51,490 nucleotides of DNA from Halocafeteria seosinensis (taxonomy: Eukaryota), in assembly GCA_001687465.1 (NCBI GenBank), contig LVLI01000564.1, positions 1-51,490 on the forward strand, written 5' to 3'. Under the pieces are notes generated by a model, which worked only from the letters and a program-made list of their open reading frames with translations, was not told the origin of the DNA and made no database searches. A program made the position numbers and the translations under genes. Within the stretch, counting starts at the first letter, position 1. Each line of letters begins with the position of its first letter. Shown here piece after piece: positions 1 through 10,343 of this stretch.

Positions 1-68
1 AAAACAATGAAGTTTACGTGCTAGGTTGATGCTAAAGCACCTGAGGTAGCTATACCATGGTAACTTAC

Positions 69-816
69 CTGAGAAGAGTGAATGTCCGTAAAACCGACTT
101 GCTCGATTCAGAATTCCCATAGTTTTGGGACACCTTGAGCTTACTTCCGAATTATCTATGTTGTGTAAGTCCAGATACGACACACTCCAATCTCCACCTG
201 TATGACTGACACTATATTGTCCCTTGTTTGACTCATCTTCTTTCTTGTCATCCTCCTCTGTGGAATCCTTGTTGCTCCACACCGGTGCTCTATACTGCTG
301 AAACTGCCGTTGACCTTTCAAGGCTAGTAATTCATTCCTGATGTCGGGGAAGGCTTCCTTGAGTTCGGCTATCCATTGCAAGGATGAGGGAATCGTGTGT
401 AATGCACCATCATCTCTGTACCAGATAGGTGTAGCCGTAAGCCCTGGAAGCAATTCTGGGCATCCTTTCTGCCAGGAAGACAAAGATGGCATCGGTTCCT
501 CGGCCTCTGTCGGCGTCTTCCTCCACATATTCGAGTGAGTAAATCGGACTGCTTTATGACCTCGAATGCCACAGGATTCGCATGCAAACCAAGCATTTAA
601 GCGCTGTATTTCTCGAAATGAGTGCGTCGCCAATTCCAAAAACCTCTCCGCGATCATTTTCCTGGAGAACTGTGTCAAATAAAAGGTCTGAAGCACTTCA
701 TCCACAGTCTCTCGTGGTACAGAGACTGCCGTCTGATGGCCTTGTGGTACAGCAGTGCTGGATGTGTCTGTATCCTCCTCGACATTGTTTGAATTCCTCG
801 CTGGTGATGCGCTCAT
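69..816 (-). CDS. Aspartyl/asparaginyl beta-hydroxylase-domain (2OG-Fe(II) oxygenase) protein, first exon; gene continues off the left edge
   Basis: Hand translation from ATG 816 is open for 249 codons up to a G|GTAAGT donor at 69/68. It contains PGLTATPIW..WIAELKEAFPDIRNELLAL..GDWSVSYL..RCPKTMGIL..HSLFS, typical of the N-terminal part of this domain. The frame has no stop inside the window, which probably explains its absence from the ORF track. Catalytic residues lie outside the window. Confidence 0.75.
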
Positions 817-871
817 ATTGCATAATTCTCTTCGTTTTGTACACCTTCTATCCAAGGACTATCAACCAAAA

Positions 872-1512
872 ATGAAGCAATCAATGGGTACTACAGACCA
901 CGCTCTATCCAAGGGCGTGGCTCTCGTGGTGGTAATAGCGTGTATAATGGCCTCTGTTGGCGCCGCTGACCGAGAAGACCTTCCTGAAGACGCTCAGCTC
1001 AGAATTGGAGTGAAATATCGTCCAGAAACATGTGATATGAAGACCCAACCCGGGGATAAATTATACATGCACTATACGGTATGTAATGGCACTCTTTAGC
1101 CTCTATGTTCTCCCTTCAGAGGAGTGGATTCAGGTTCACATCTTGCCCTTGAATGAAATGCCACCTCCATTTCCGTGCATATACAGGGGACTTTATACAA
1201 AGATGGCTCGAAATTCGATAGCTCCCGTGACCGCGATCAGCCACTGGACTTTGTCCTCGGAAGTGGCCAAGTGATCAAGGTACGTCCGTCCGGAATTGAA
1301 CCAAGATGTACAACAGCGCTAATTGATGGAAACATTTGCAGGGATGGGACAACGGTCTCCGTAATATGTGTATAGGGGAGAAAAGAAAATTGACCGTGCC
1401 GAGTGGGTACGGGTATGGAAAGCGAGGTGCTGGAGACAAGATTCCTGGTGGGGCGACTCTGGTGTTTGATGTCGAACTGGTAGATATCAAGCGGACCAAG
1501 CAGGACCTCTAA
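872..1512 (+). CDS. FKBP2: ER-type FKBP peptidyl-prolyl isomerase (FKBP2/FKBP13-like); exons 872-1078, 1187-1279, 1342-1512
   Basis: Hydrophobic signal peptide, then [81 protein letters not shown]. The C-terminus KQDL resembles an ER retention signal. GT-AG introns join the exons in frame. The start could be ATG 884 instead. Confidence 0.93.
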
Positions 1513-1663
1513 ACATCAGGCGTGAGTGTTGTTTGATAGAGTACTAAATACGACGACACCCCTCTTCGTTTGTGTTCTTGTGTACCATGGTATTAGGTTA
1601 AACTAGGTTAGGTTAGTCATGCGTTAGTGCACGGTGATTGCAACAAAGGAAACACTACACTGG

Positions 1664-2763
1664 TTAGTTAGGCTGAGGAGTTGTGCGCACATACTTCTTT
1701 CCAGAAGGAAGTTCATGACTTTTCATGGATGGGAATTTGGACTTGGCGTCATCTTCAGAAACAGAGGGGAGTATCATCACATCGTCTCCTTGCTTCCAGT
1801 TCACAGGGGCTGCAACACAAACCACATACGAGTCCGATACCTCCACGTACTTGAGTAAAGCAATACATAACTTACTTGCAACGGGATGCTTGGAACCCAA
1901 TTGGAGTGCGTCGACGACGCGCAGGAGTTCTTGAGCGCTTCGTCCAACCGAGGGAGGATATGTCAGGGTTAGCTTTACTTTCCCGTCAGGTCCAAACACG
2001 AAGCATGCACGAACAGTGACCGGGAGGTTAGCGTTATCTTTTTCCTCAGGATCAAGCATCTTTAGCTGTGTTGCGAGGGTTCGGTTCTCATCTCCAATGA
2101 TCGGGAAGTTGATCTTGACCTTGCCGTACGACTCGAGATCCTTGATCCACTCATTGTGGCTTTCCACTGTATCACACGATATGGCCATGAGTTTCATGCC
2201 GCGCTTATCGAATTCATCTTGACGCTTTGCCATCTCGCTGAGTTCCGTCGTGCAGACAGGAGTGAAGTCTCGGGGATGGGAGAAAAGCATTCCCCAGGAG
2301 CCTGTAGGACGTTCACAGTCGAAGCGGGCTTCAACTTGCACCGTAAGATACGTATCTTGTAGGTTTTCGTACCTTTAAAGTACTCCCGGAGGTTCATCTC
2401 GCCGTGGGTGGTGTTCACCTTAACATCAGGGATCTGCAGGGGTGCAAAACATGAGCATGCACAGTGATAATAAGCCACACAGCGAACGTGAACGTCGAAT
2501 GTTCAAAGGATATCCCAAGAAACCAGTTCGTTCAACCTGGATACTTGTTCAACTTGGATACTTGTTCCCTATACACAAGTACAGACTCAATCTACGTCTT
2601 CTCCATAATGAGATGACCAGTATCTCAGTATGTTAGGCGCCCTTGTGGTGCAAAAACCGAACAGAGAACATGCACGGAACGTCGAGGAGCGTCGAACGAA
2701 CGCCAAGCGCTTTGGATCATCATCTGACCGCCAACTTACGTCGTCTCCAATGGTCAATGACAT
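1664..2763 (-). CDS. PRDX6: 1-Cys peroxiredoxin (Prx6 family); exons 2763-2740, 2433-2373, 2301-1876, 1809-1664
   Basis: Spliced product reads MSLTIGDD|IPDVKVNTTHG..YFKG|SWGMLFSHPRDFTPVCTTEL..YPPSVGR..HPVA|TPVNWKQGDDVMI..LPSGKKYVRTTPQP. PVCTTE is the Prx6 signature and all introns are GT-AG. Confidence 0.95.
2530..2567. repeat. 17-bp tandem duplication in peroxiredoxin intron 1
   Basis: gttcaacctggatactt followed by gttcaacttggatactt and gttc; one mismatch. Confidence 0.7.
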
Positions 2764-3476
2764 GGTTCAGAGCGAGGATGTGTGTATATTCTTCCCAATA
2801 CTGATACTGCTCAATGAGGGCGCAAAAGCTGGCAATTTCTTTCTTTCGGACGAAACTCGTTCCTTCAGCTGCCGCATAGAACAATCCAAATTATTCTGTG
2901 AATACTGTACTTCCTCCGAGGCTCCGGAGTCTCAGACCGGAACGAAGCCTTGCGGTTACCGCAATTACAACTCCGGGACTTTGTCGTACGGCAAACGTAT
3001 GTACAGTGTAACAGTATATCGCAAAAGGGTGCTCGTAGATTAACTGGTACAGACTGGGTGGGCCAGTGCACTTCACCAGAAATATGTCTGGTGCTGGTGA
3101 AGCATTTATATGTATACATGACTACAACTACTTGTACAGTATCAGGGATTTTGGAACTGGAAATTGCCAGAGACCGGAGAAGTTGCGCGGCGGCTTTCGA
3201 AGGATCGCGTTCGCAGCCGAGTTACAGTTTACGAGCTGTACGACTTGCAGGGAGCTGTTTGACATGTAGGTTTAGTGCGTATTGGTATTGCTCCTACCGG
3301 AGGACGTGTCTGCTACAGGCTACGCTACGCCGTGTGAGGGGTGAACCCCAGCCGGAACCGGTCCAACATCTTCACGATGTGGCGCATCAGCGTGACTGAC
3401 AGTTTGGCCGTCATCAGCTTGCGGGAGTTTCGCATCTCCCTTGTTCCAGCGGGAGCCCGGTGCTTTAGCGTCCCCA

Positions 3477-6400
3477 CTACTCTTTCAGTAAGTATCGTCG
3501 CCTTGAAGGCTTAGTGGGTATGAACGTTCGTTTCATAGTTGACTTCTCATCGGCATTTTCTGATTGGCTAAGTCTCAAAGCGTGCCGGTTGGTACGAGAA
3601 GATAAGCCACCGGAAAGATATGCTTGCCCTCCATTTTCTTCTTGACCAAGACTCATTGGTAGGGCAGGTAAATGTCGAGGATTACTATCAACATTTGGCG
3701 GAGGGCCATATTCGAGGGAAGTATCCCGAAAACTTCCTGATGCATTCGTATCATGCAGTGACTGCTCGCTAATCGCTGTGAATTGTAAGGGATTGATGCC
3801 TCCAACAGGTTTTACAACATCCTCGCCGACATCATGCCTTCTTTGCGTGGATACGTTTTTCTTCGTCCGTGAACAGTCGTCAAACGCTTTTGAAGGCAAC
3901 TGACATTTGCTTCGGTTCAGAATTGTTTTGCAGCGCCCGTAATTCAACTGGTTACAACAGTTCGTACTTTGAAGGTATTTACGCACATTCCTCAGACGAT
4001 CTAAAAACAAAGCATTCAACGCTCCCATTGCTCTTGGAGAGAGGTAACACAAAACCATCAACGTAGCCAACGTAAAACAAACTTGAATTGTTATAACGAC
4101 TATATCAAGTCTCTCGTGGGATAGCGTTGAGGTCCCAACCGATGAAGTGGCGGACTTCATCGCTCCAACTCGTATCAAGCCAAGTCCAGCATTTAGGGCG
4201 GAAACCATGATCAGTAATGCCTGCAGTAAGCCAATTGGTTTCTCAATGTATGGCTTTTGGTGAATTAGCTGTACATAAGAGAGAATAAGTATTGATGTTG
4301 TCAAAACGAACTGCCTGGCACCTTCGGGAAACCATACAGCAATCAAAATGAGCATTAGCTTCCGTAGCATTACGATGATTTCCCACAAGAAACCTCGGGA
4401 CTTCATTTGGTATCCCCCAGTAAGTTTCCAAAAGTTAAATTTCTCGCGAGGCGTCCGCAACTTACTAAACCTCCAAAGAAAGTAGCTCGTCTGAACAAGC
4501 GGATATGCGACGCAGAAAACGATGAATGTAATCGCACCGACTGTTTGAAGGAGTATAAATGAAGAACTGTTGGTGTGAAGCCGCAGGTCCAATTCCGACC
4601 TTTCGGAGCCGTATATCCGTTTTGGATATGTCTGGAAACTTTGCACTGCGGTCATGGCTACTGACATGTAAAGCAAATTTAGCAACAAGATAGACGCCCA
4701 CACCGAGGTTCGAAACCATCGAGCGTTGTATGAAGCCCCGGTCATCGTACGGGCTTCCAAGAGCATGCTTATTACAAGGACAGCGATGAGCACAAGAATA
4801 GGGGTCATCATCGTCGACAAGGCCACGTGAAGTGGACCAAATCCCGTCAGACATCGGAATGCGCTGCCCTGAGCGGGATTCATGCTGGACATTTCCGTTG
4901 CGTCATGGAACCACGAACTGAGTCCCTTAAATGGAGATATCTTCATGGTATGCAGGATGCTTGCAATTTGCAAGTAATCAATGTAAAGTATGAGCGCGTG
5001 CTTGAAAGACTTAATATTGTACAGCGACACGTTACGCGTTAGAGCTTCCTGCTGTTTTGACAGTTGGCTTTGAGACGTTGCACTCTTCGTTCCATCATGG
5101 CAAGCGATATCGTCACCATTCTCCTGACAGCTTCCCTCGTCCGTACTCTCCTTGTGAGCGCGATAAGCGAACCCACCCACCACTGACAGCGCTATCAACA
5201 GGGACAGAGTAACGATAGTAGCGTTTCTTGTCGTACTTCCACAGTGTCCGCAGAATTCACCAGCAGTTTTCGAGTAACCGGCTGCACATTGTCTGCAAAC
5301 AGGGCCTTCATATCCTTCTGTACACGAAGTAACAAATGCCGTAGCATTGACCTCACATGCATCTGTAGGAACACACTCATGGAAGTTAGCCCCTCCGTGC
5401 TTTACAGCATCATCGATTACTCGGTGGCGAGGGAGCTCCTGTTGAACGCACAACTCGCACCAAACACCGTCCTTCAGTTTTGGCACGCCCGTAGAGCAGC
5501 TCATGCCTCTCTCTGGGCATGCTGTACAGGAAGAGCTCCCATACTCTGAAAAATATCCTTTTGCGCAAGCTCTGCATGTATCCGTATTAGATGGTTCAGG
5601 CTGAAACTCTCCAGGGTCACAAGGTACACACTCTTCGGTCTCGCCTCTGTACCCCTCCATACATTTGCACTCCCCTCCAACGATAGTTTTTCCCTCGCCG
5701 ACACACTGCTCAGGCTGAACCTCAATTAAGGCCGGTGTACTCAAAACCGGTGCGTTGCCGAGGTAAATGTGCAAAGAAGAATTTCCTACTCTTTGTAATC
5801 TCAACTGAAACGCGAATGAGGAGATGATGTCCCCAGAGGTAGTCGCTGCTGGATATTCAACCTCTATCGGGGGCTCGATATGCCCACTGCTTGGTCTAGC
5901 AAAAATGCAAAGGGGTGGATGTGTGGTTTTCCATTTCAGAGGACCATCACTGGTGCAAGTCCCTTTTGTTATTAGCTGTGCCGTCGCCGGGCTGCTACCG
6001 AAAACATCCAGCAACTGAATATACCCGTTGAGAGTTTTCCCAACCTCTTCTGTGAGTCCCTCCAATTTCGCGAAAGACGTACTGGCTGAAGCAGCGCCTA
6101 AGGCATGAGAAAACACCAGCCGTTCCGCTAAACGGTATGAGAAACCATTCCTCTGGAGAAACACGGCAAAACCAAGTTCGACATCGTAAGTGCCCCGCTC
6201 GAGGTTACGATTTTCCTTAATAACACCATCCTCTTTCGTCTCTGACACGGGAAACGACAAGGTCTGTTTAGGGTACGACAGCACAATCCGAACATTCATG
6301 GTAGCGCCCTGACTCAAGTAAAATGCACGCGGAAATATGCGCAACCATTTTCCTATCTGCATCGAGTTCGATCTCCCTTGAGGGGGTTGAATGACCTCTC

Positions 6401-9400
6401 TCTGAAGAACGGAGCTTTTGTTCATCAGTAGCAGAGATGTCTCGTTTAGCTTCTCTAACAATATTTGGTCAAATGAAACCTGAATACCTTGTCGCTCAGT
6501 GTTCACAATACTCAACCAGAAGCTTTTTCGTTGCAACGGCCGCAAGGATATCACTTCAGGGTATTCGCGACAGGTAAATACCGACGATACGACATACTCA
6601 ACAAAAATCCAGAAATTCCCAGTCCCTGTCTCGGAAGACTGAAACGCATGTGGCAAGGAATCACTCAAAGAACCGTCGAAAGCTGGTGCGTCATTGATCC
6701 AGGCATCTGTGGTTATACGCATCCACGCAGACGACCCACCTAACTGTCTCACGTTCTGCGGTGAAAACTTGAGACGTAATTCACTAGTGGACATAGGAAA
6801 CGTTTGTCCAGAATACTCCGATAATGCTATCCAAGAGTCGTCCGTCCGGTTTACGGGATTCCCACTACTGGAAAGCAACTCTACCGTCCATGTCATTCCG
6901 AGACTACCATAGTTGAGAAGACGAAACGGACGTTGCACTTCACTATCAGTCACACTTTGAGCTTCCTTGACAAACAATGTCTCCACATCAGCTTTTGCCT
7001 GTGTAACGTTCAGCACAAGCTCAACCGCAACTGTCTTCAACGGTTCTTGCTCCACGTTGAAGAATCGAACGTACAATGAGGAAAAAGTTACTCCAGCGGG
7101 AGCGCTGTCGGTTTTCACGGAAATGTTTTTTTCAAGTGCTACGATCCCCTGTAGATCTTCGAAGACTTCATCGTCAGGGGTTTCAGTGAACGAATGAATG
7201 CTTTCCGGAACCATCCACTGCACTTTAACACCAGAAGCAACGGTAAACAGGATGGGCTTTGTCACGTTTTCTTGGTCATCTTTCTTCCGCGAGATGGGAA
7301 TATATAGCTTATGTGGTTCAACTGACAGAGTATATCCTTCATGACTCAGAGCAGTAACGTTTTCCATAGCTATTGTAAAGTTTTGACTGGTTTGAAGCAG
7401 AATCTCCCCTTCGAGTAAAATGATGGTTTGAAGCGGTAGCAAAATAGAGCCGCTCTGGGATTCGAGACTACGCATTCTGGTAGTAGTTGCAGCTGTTATA
7501 GCCAGCTGCTTCCTGGTAACCTCTCGCCTGCTCTCTTGTAAAGCAAAGGATCCACCGTACTCATACTGTCGGCAACTAGGATTGTTTGCCTGTCGTCCTT
7601 CGCAGCTGTGATTCGATATCAATTTCATGACAGGTTGAACAGGGATACTAGAAGCCAGACCAGTCTTTTGAAACCTTTCAGCGCATCCAAAGTAAAGGGA
7701 GTTTAGCTCTGTGCCTCCGACATAGCTGTCGCTGCAAGCAGTTTGCAATTTCGGCTCTTCTCCATGCGCACTCTGAATTGATATGTTCATCTGGCCTCCG
7801 GTGACATTCTCTCCGGCACTAGTTCCCTCATCGACGTTAACTGCCGTTTTAAATGTTGTGGTACCACAATTGAAGCGGTGCTTATCCCCACATCCCGATG
7901 AAATATCCTCCGTCGAGGAAGACAGGTGGATAGACGAAGGAGTGGCAGTGGGGGTAAATGTAGGAGAACTGCTGCGACTAGGCGTCCCACTGCAGGTCGG
8001 GGTAGCAGTCCTGGAAGGGGAGCTTGTGGGAGTGGGAGAGGGCCGCGCTGTGCACCCGTTTTGTTGTTCGTTTGGAATCTTTTCACTACGACATTCTCGA
8101 CACTCTGAATCAAGAGTTGTAGCAAACTGGTAGGGAGCGCACTGTACACAATCTGTCCTATTACCGTTGGGAATTTTGCCTGGGCCACACTCATGGCATT
8201 CAGAATCCAATTCTGTTGAATATTGATGGTCCATGCAGTCCTGGCATTCATCTTGAGTAACGTTTGGAATTTTACCAGGACCACAGTTCTTGCACCGAAA
8301 GTCAAACATGCTTGCAAATTGATGTGGATGGCATCCTCTACATCCAGTTTGATTAGCATTGGGCACTTTACCCGGTCCACATTCTCTGCAACGACAGTCC
8401 CGACGTGTGGCATACTGGTGAGGAGAGCAGGATCTGCATCCGGTCTGAGTATCTGTGGGCACATTCCCAGATGGGCAAACCTCGCATGCGGAAGAGGAGC
8501 TGTTCCAGAACTGTAAGGCAGGACATTTTTGGCACTTCTCGATTACATCTCGGCACTCCAATTGAGGGTTTGTTCTTAACTGTGGGTACGTTGATTCAGG
8601 GTCTCCCATGGGTATAAACCAGGTGTCACAAGACCAACCATGCTCCTCCGCATGGTACAGTTGACCTCTTATAACGGTAAGATTGCCGGAGTTACGAGTC
8701 AGCCTCAAGCTAGGATGACCGTGGTTTTCTCCCACCATAAAGGATGCACCTGTTATTCCATCGCTGGTACCATGCACACCATTTTCTATAATCACTCTTT
8801 TGGCTCCCTCGTCGACTAGTCCCCCATTGACATAATTATCAGTTGCAACCTTACCAATCATAATTGTGCTCCTAGTAGAAAGTACGTATGCATTTTTTAT
8901 GACTACTCTCCCGCCATCCTTGCCAGTGTCACCACCGCAGATTCCGCCTGCGTTGTTTGCCTCGACGGCAACGTTTCCAGTTGAATAAGAATCTGTTATT
9001 TCGACATCCCCTCCTTCTTTCCCACATATACCTCCCGCACCATCACCTATAATTTTTCCGCGCGAAAAGCATTGAGCAATATGCACGGACTTACTATTTC
9101 GGCCAATGATTCCTCCGCTGCCTTCTCCGCTTATCTCTCCAGTAGAAAAACATTTTGTGATGTTCGTGTTGCCAAACTGCTCGCCACATATGCCACCTGA
9201 ATATTTTCCCTGGATAATTCCCGTGGAGTAGGATCTGGAAATACGCACTTCCCCGCTTCCTTCCCCACCAAGAATGCCACCACTGCGGTATTTCACTATT
9301 CCTGTACTATGGCATTCATGCACTATGACTTCCCCACCATTAAAACCAGCTTCTCCACCGCATATACCTCCAGCGAACAACCCACCGTCAAAAGACCCTA

Positions 9401-10343
9401 TATCCCCTGAGGAGTGGCTTTGAAGAATGTGCACTGAACCTCCACTTTTCCCTGCCAAACCTCCAACAACACCACCGGCCCTAAATCCTGTTACTGTTCC
9501 TGTTGAACTGGAATGTTGAGCAAAAACGTTACCACCATTAACACCAGCGGCTTTTCCGCAAATACCTCCGGTGTCATCTCCCTCAATCTGTCCTGTGGAG
9601 CTACAATCCGTAACGGTCACTGTGCCGTTGGAATTTCCCGCTTTCTCTCCAACAATCCCACCAGCATGATCACCAACGATTGACCCCGTAGAATGTGAGT
9701 TCTGTATCACTATTTTCCCGCCGTTTCGTCCACTATTACTGCCGGCAATTCCACCACTCGCTTTCCCTGAAATTTTACCCGTGGAACTACAGCGCTCTAC
9801 TTTGAAGAACTCTTGCCTACCTCTAACAACGAATCCATGATTGATTGCAACACTTCCTCCAATGATATGCACGTTTCTTATCAAAGGGGCGTTGTCGTAA
9901 TCACGGATTTCGTCGCTTACCTCAAACATGCCCTTAAAATCGCCCTCCAGTCCCTCCAGGTTCACTGTGAAATTCTGTCCATCAAAAACTTCCCCGGCTT
10001 TGAGTTTAAAGCGATATGCTCTGTGATAGGTCCATGTTACGTTGCATATTTGATATGTCAGCCTCGTGCCACTGCTCATCTCCTCTTCAATACAGGGGTC
10101 CTCTCGCACTATGGAGTCTACAGATCCATCTCGACAATTCCCATTTGGAGCAAGAAACACCGCAGCGCTTAGTGTGCACGCAGCAAGAACGAAACCTACA
10201 CGGTGATGCGAATTCGCACATCCATAAATACGCCCATGGGAATTGTAAGCATTGCGTCGGAATCGACTTCTGATCTTGCGTTGCTTTTTTCCAGGGCACG
10301 CCGCGTACTGGTAGGTGTTCCGAGCAAGAGACAGTGCTGCCAT
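3477..10343 (-). CDS. Giant single-ORF cell-surface protein: GLUG-like GGIxG repeats, Cys-rich (ephrin-receptor-like/GCC2-GCC3-type) repeats, Ser/Thr/Pro linker, beta-rich region, C-terminal multi-pass (~7-9 TM) domain and cytosolic tail
   Basis: Uninterrupted ORF with first ATG at 10343 (the track starts at an upstream TTG). N-terminal hydrophobic segment. About 11 repeats of STGxIxGxxxGGIxG (~8880-9800) and CxxCxPGKxPN repeats (~8040-8520). A CxxGYxGPVCxxCxxGY motif precedes the hydrophobic helices (~4030-5220), which include GFLWEIIVMLRKLMLILI. Confidence 0.85.
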   Translation of the reverse strand: MAALSLARNTYQYAACPGKKQRKIRSRFRRNAYNSHGRIYGCANSHHRVGFVLAACTLSAAVFLAPNGNCRDGSVDSIVREDPCIEEEMSSGTRLTYQICNVTWTYHRAYRFKLKAGEVFDGQNFTVNLEGLEGDFKGMFEVSDEIRDYDNAPLIRNVHIIGGSVAINHGFVVRGRQEFFKVERCSSTGKISGKASGGIAGSNSGRNGGKIVIQNSHSTGSIVGDHAGGIVGEKAGNSNGTVTVTDCSSTGQIEGDDTGGICGKAAGVNGGNVFAQHSSSTGTVTGFRAGGVVGGLAGKSGGSVHILQSHSSGDIGSFDGGLFAGGICGGEAGFNGGEVIVHECHSTGIVKYRSGGILGGEGSGEVRISRSYSTGIIQGKYSGGICGEQFGNTNITKCFSTGEISGEGSGGIIGRNSKSVHIAQCFSRGKIIGDGAGGICGKEGGDVEITDSYSTGNVAVEANNAGGICGGDTGKDGGRVVIKNAYVLSTRSTIMIGKVATDNYVNGGLVDEGAKRVIIENGVHGTSDGITGASFMVGENHGHPSLRLTRNSGNLTVIRGQLYHAEEHGWSCDTWFIPMGDPESTYPQLRTNPQLECRDVIEKCQKCPALQFWNSSSSACEVCPSGNVPTDTQTGCRSCSPHQYATRRDCRCRECGPGKVPNANQTGCRGCHPHQFASMFDFRCKNCGPGKIPNVTQDECQDCMDHQYSTELDSECHECGPGKIPNGNRTDCVQCAPYQFATTLDSECRECRSEKIPNEQQNGCTARPSPTPTSSPSRTATPTCSGTPSRSSSPTFTPTATPSSIHLSSSTEDISSGCGDKHRFNCGTTTFKTAVNVDEGTSAGENVTGGQMNISIQSAHGEEPKLQTACSDSYVGGTELNSLYFGCAERFQKTGLASSIPVQPVMKLISNHSCEGRQANNPSCRQYEYGGSFALQESRREVTRKQLAITAATTTRMRSLESQSGSILLPLQTIILLEGEILLQTSQNFTIAMENVTALSHEGYTLSVEPHKLYIPISRKKDDQENVTKPILFTVASGVKVQWMVPESIHSFTETPDDEVFEDLQGIVALEKNISVKTDSAPAGVTFSSLYVRFFNVEQEPLKTVAVELVLNVTQAKADVETLFVKEAQSVTDSEVQRPFRLLNYGSLGMTWTVELLSSSGNPVNRTDDSWIALSEYSGQTFPMSTSELRLKFSPQNVRQLGGSSAWMRITTDAWINDAPAFDGSLSDSLPHAFQSSETGTGNFWIFVEYVVSSVFTCREYPEVISLRPLQRKSFWLSIVNTERQGIQVSFDQILLEKLNETSLLLMNKSSVLQREVIQPPQGRSNSMQIGKWLRIFPRAFYLSQGATMNVRIVLSYPKQTLSFPVSETKEDGVIKENRNLERGTYDVELGFAVFLQRNGFSYRLAERLVFSHALGAASASTSFAKLEGLTEEVGKTLNGYIQLLDVFGSSPATAQLITKGTCTSDGPLKWKTTHPPLCIFARPSSGHIEPPIEVEYPAATTSGDIISSFAFQLRLQRVGNSSLHIYLGNAPVLSTPALIEVQPEQCVGEGKTIVGGECKCMEGYRGETEECVPCDPGEFQPEPSNTDTCRACAKGYFSEYGSSSCTACPERGMSCSTGVPKLKDGVWCELCVQQELPRHRVIDDAVKHGGANFHECVPTDACEVNATAFVTSCTEGYEGPVCRQCAAGYSKTAGEFCGHCGSTTRNATIVTLSLLIALSVVGGFAYRAHKESTDEGSCQENGDDIACHDGTKSATSQSQLSKQQEALTRNVSLYNIKSFKHALILYIDYLQIASILHTMKISPFKGLSSWFHDATEMSSMNPAQGSAFRCLTGFGPLHVALSTMMTPILVLIAVLVISMLLEARTMTGASYNARWFRTSVWASILLLNLLYMSVAMTAVQSFQTYPKRIYGSERSELDLRLHTNSSSFILLQTVGAITFIVFCVAYPLVQTSYFLWRFSKLRTPREKFNFWKLTGGYQMKSRGFLWEIIVMLRKLMLILIAVWFPEGARQFVLTTSILILSYVQLIHQKPYIEKPIGLLQALLIMVSALNAGLGLIRVGAMKSATSSVGTSTLSHERLDIVVITIQVCFTLATLMVLCYLSPRAMGALNALFLDRLRNVRKYLQSTNCCNQLNYGRCKTILNRSKCQLPSKAFDDCSRTKKNVSTQRRHDVGEDVVKPVGGINPLQFTAISEQSLHDTNASGSFRDTSLEYGPPPNVDSNPRHLPALPMSLGQEENGGQAYLSGGLSSRTNRHALRLSQSENADEKSTMKRTFIPTKPSRRRYLLKE

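Noticed and set aside
1592..1616. TTAGG telomere-like units between convergent genes
   Set aside because: Only 3-4 imperfect copies; too short to be meaningful.
3380..3435. Hammerhead ribozyme or SECIS (CTGATGA and GAAAC on the minus strand)
   Set aside because: The spacing cannot accommodate the hammerhead stems or the SECIS helix II, and the upstream gene has no in-frame TGA.
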